A stretch of 64,000 nt of DNA from assembly GCF_009914755.1 (NCBI RefSeq), contig NC_060931.1; one strand, 5' to 3'. Both the position numbers and the translations under genes were made by a program. Below are positions 62,236 to 64,000 of the stretch, piece by piece. Source of the stretch: the human T2T-CHM13v2.0 reference genome, Homo sapiens. The stretch's first letter is position 1; each line of letters begins with the position of its first letter. The notes under the pieces were generated by a model, which had not been told where the DNA came from, did no database searches, and saw only the letters and a program-made list of their open reading frames with translations.

Positions 62236-62799
62236 TTAATATGTAGGTCAACTGTATTTCAAGTCCTTAAGTTAATGAAAGAGAAACATATCAACAGGTG
62301 ACCACTAATTCAAGGTAATGATATTATTGTACGATACTTAAAACTTAAACCAGATATTTTACCAAAGTGTTCTCATTTGTGAATTGAAGTTAGTTAAATC
62401 CTATGATCTCAAGGATAATTCTCTTAACCCTTGGTATACCATTAGTATCCACAGGCATAATTTTTCATGAATTTCTTGTTTTGAGCTATTTTATTTGTAA
62501 GAACTGATATTTCATGATTTCTGTTATTTCTTGGGAGGTCTTTCAAGGAATAAATAGAAAATGTACTTACTTTTAAAAAAATAGAACAAAACTCATTCTA
62601 TCCTGTAATTACCATTAATTGGTCCATTGGACTTTTATAAACCTGAAATACATTATGGGATAATAGTGTTCTTATTTTTAATTTTTTTTTGCTAATTCAT
62701 CATCCTAGGAGTTATTTCATCATTATTCATAAATTATTCCCAACTATGTTTTTTAAAAAAACTAAATAAGAAAACAGAAGAATGATGGACTTGCATAAA

Positions 62800-63010
62800 G
62801 CAATCATTCTCAACTGGAGATGATTTTGTCTCTAGAAGATATTTGGCAATGTCTGGAGACATTTTCCCTTGTCACAACTGAGGAGCATGCTACTGGCATC
62901 TAAGAGGTAGAGGGCAAAGATGGTGCTAAATATCCTATACTGCACAAGACAGGCCCCCACAACAAATCACCTGACTGAAAAGGTTTGTATTGCCAAGGCT
63001 AAGAAACCAT
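62800..63010 (+). mobile_element. MER20 (hAT-Charlie) element
   Basis: Contains ttctcaact...tttggcaatgtctggagacatttt...gctactggcatct...gagaaacc-like motifs. Confidence 0.85.
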
Positions 63011-63706
63011 TTTTAATTTTATGCCTACAATGGCATAAAAGAAGAAAATCAACAGAGAAAGATCTTTCAGAACTATCAGATTAATCAAAACATAAATGCA
63101 GAGACAGCAGTATACTAGATTCTAATTTTGATTGTGAAATTGGAAATCTCAAACTCTTGAGTCTTCAGAGGACAAGTCTAGATTAGTTTTCTGAAACTTA
63201 AGTATCAATGACTGAACAAAATATTTCTAAGGACAAAAAAGAATTATGATATCCTCACCTAGTCATTCAACATGAAGACCTTATTATACAATCTTTTACA
63301 ACAAGAATCTGAACCAACTTATTTTGCTAGAAGGACTTGTGATGGTAATGTTAATCTTTTATGATATTTGTGCCAAAAATTTATTTGAAATGATTCATAT
63401 GTGGACACATGCTGATGGCAGATACGCAAATAAAGGTGGATGAAAGAAAAAATATGTAAAAATTAAAAATGCATCAAATTATTCAAACTAGTGTTTAGAA
63501 ATCTAAAAATGAAAATATTTTGCAATTATGAAGCAAAGATGACTGACTTCAACAAAATTGCATGCTTTCAAAGTTCACAAAAGTATCAAGTTTTGACTAT
63601 GCAAATGCAAGAAGCACTAAGAGTAACGATAAGCTAGCACCTATCAGAGAGGTATTTCAAACTATTTACAGCTAACACCAGTCTAATCTTTAAAAAATTA
63701 AATATA

Positions 63707-64000
63707 GGTCAGTCATGGTGACTCACACCTGTAATCCCAGCACTTCATGAGCCCAAGGCAGGAGGATCACTTGAGCCCATGAGTTCAAGACCAGCCTGGG
63801 CAATACAGTGAGACCCTGTCTCTACAAAGAAAACACTAAAAAAAAAAAAAATTAATTACAGCCGGGCGCGGTGGCTCATGCCTGTAATCCTAGCACTTTG
63901 GGAGGCCAAGGCAGGCGGATCACGAGGTCAGGAGATCGAGACCAGCCTGGCCAACATGGTGAAACCCTGTCTCTACTAAATATACAAAAATTAACTGAGT
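63707..64000 (+). mobile_element. Alu monomer/left arm (63707-63850) followed by an Alu running off the window edge
   Basis: Alu consensus motifs. Confidence 0.9.

Overview
Human (primate) genomic DNA made of two compartments joined at an abrupt junction near 11,856/11,857. The left part (1-11.86 kb) is GC- and Alu-rich. It carries the 5' five coding exons of a minus-strand Speedy/RINGO E (SPDYE) gene with an intact reading frame. Two of those exons arose by tandem duplication, and a 21-bp minisatellite sits beside the 5' exon. The right part (11.86-64 kb) is AT- and L1-rich. It carries five consecutive internal exons of a minus-strand FAM185A-like gene, all open and with canonical splice sites, but I found no terminal exon before the junction. 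It also contains an intronic RPL7A processed pseudogene, a full-length L1PA4-like element with TSDs, a 3'-truncated L1PB-like element, solo LTRs (LTR8A-like, MST, LTR16-like), DNA transposons (Tigger3, MER58, MER20) and many Alus. The arrangement fits, from memory and not verified by search, the chr7q11.23 segmental duplication containing SPDYE18 and FAM185BP. I see no clear evidence of a wholly new biological system. The most interesting candidates are: a possible in-frame FAM185-SPDYE read-through fusion created by the junction; Alu-bounded exon duplication in SPDYE; a uORF switch by alternative acceptors; and fold-back templated insertions at the homologous ORF2 site in two independent L1s. 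Repeat subfamily names come from recalled consensus sequences, and repeat boundaries are approximate.
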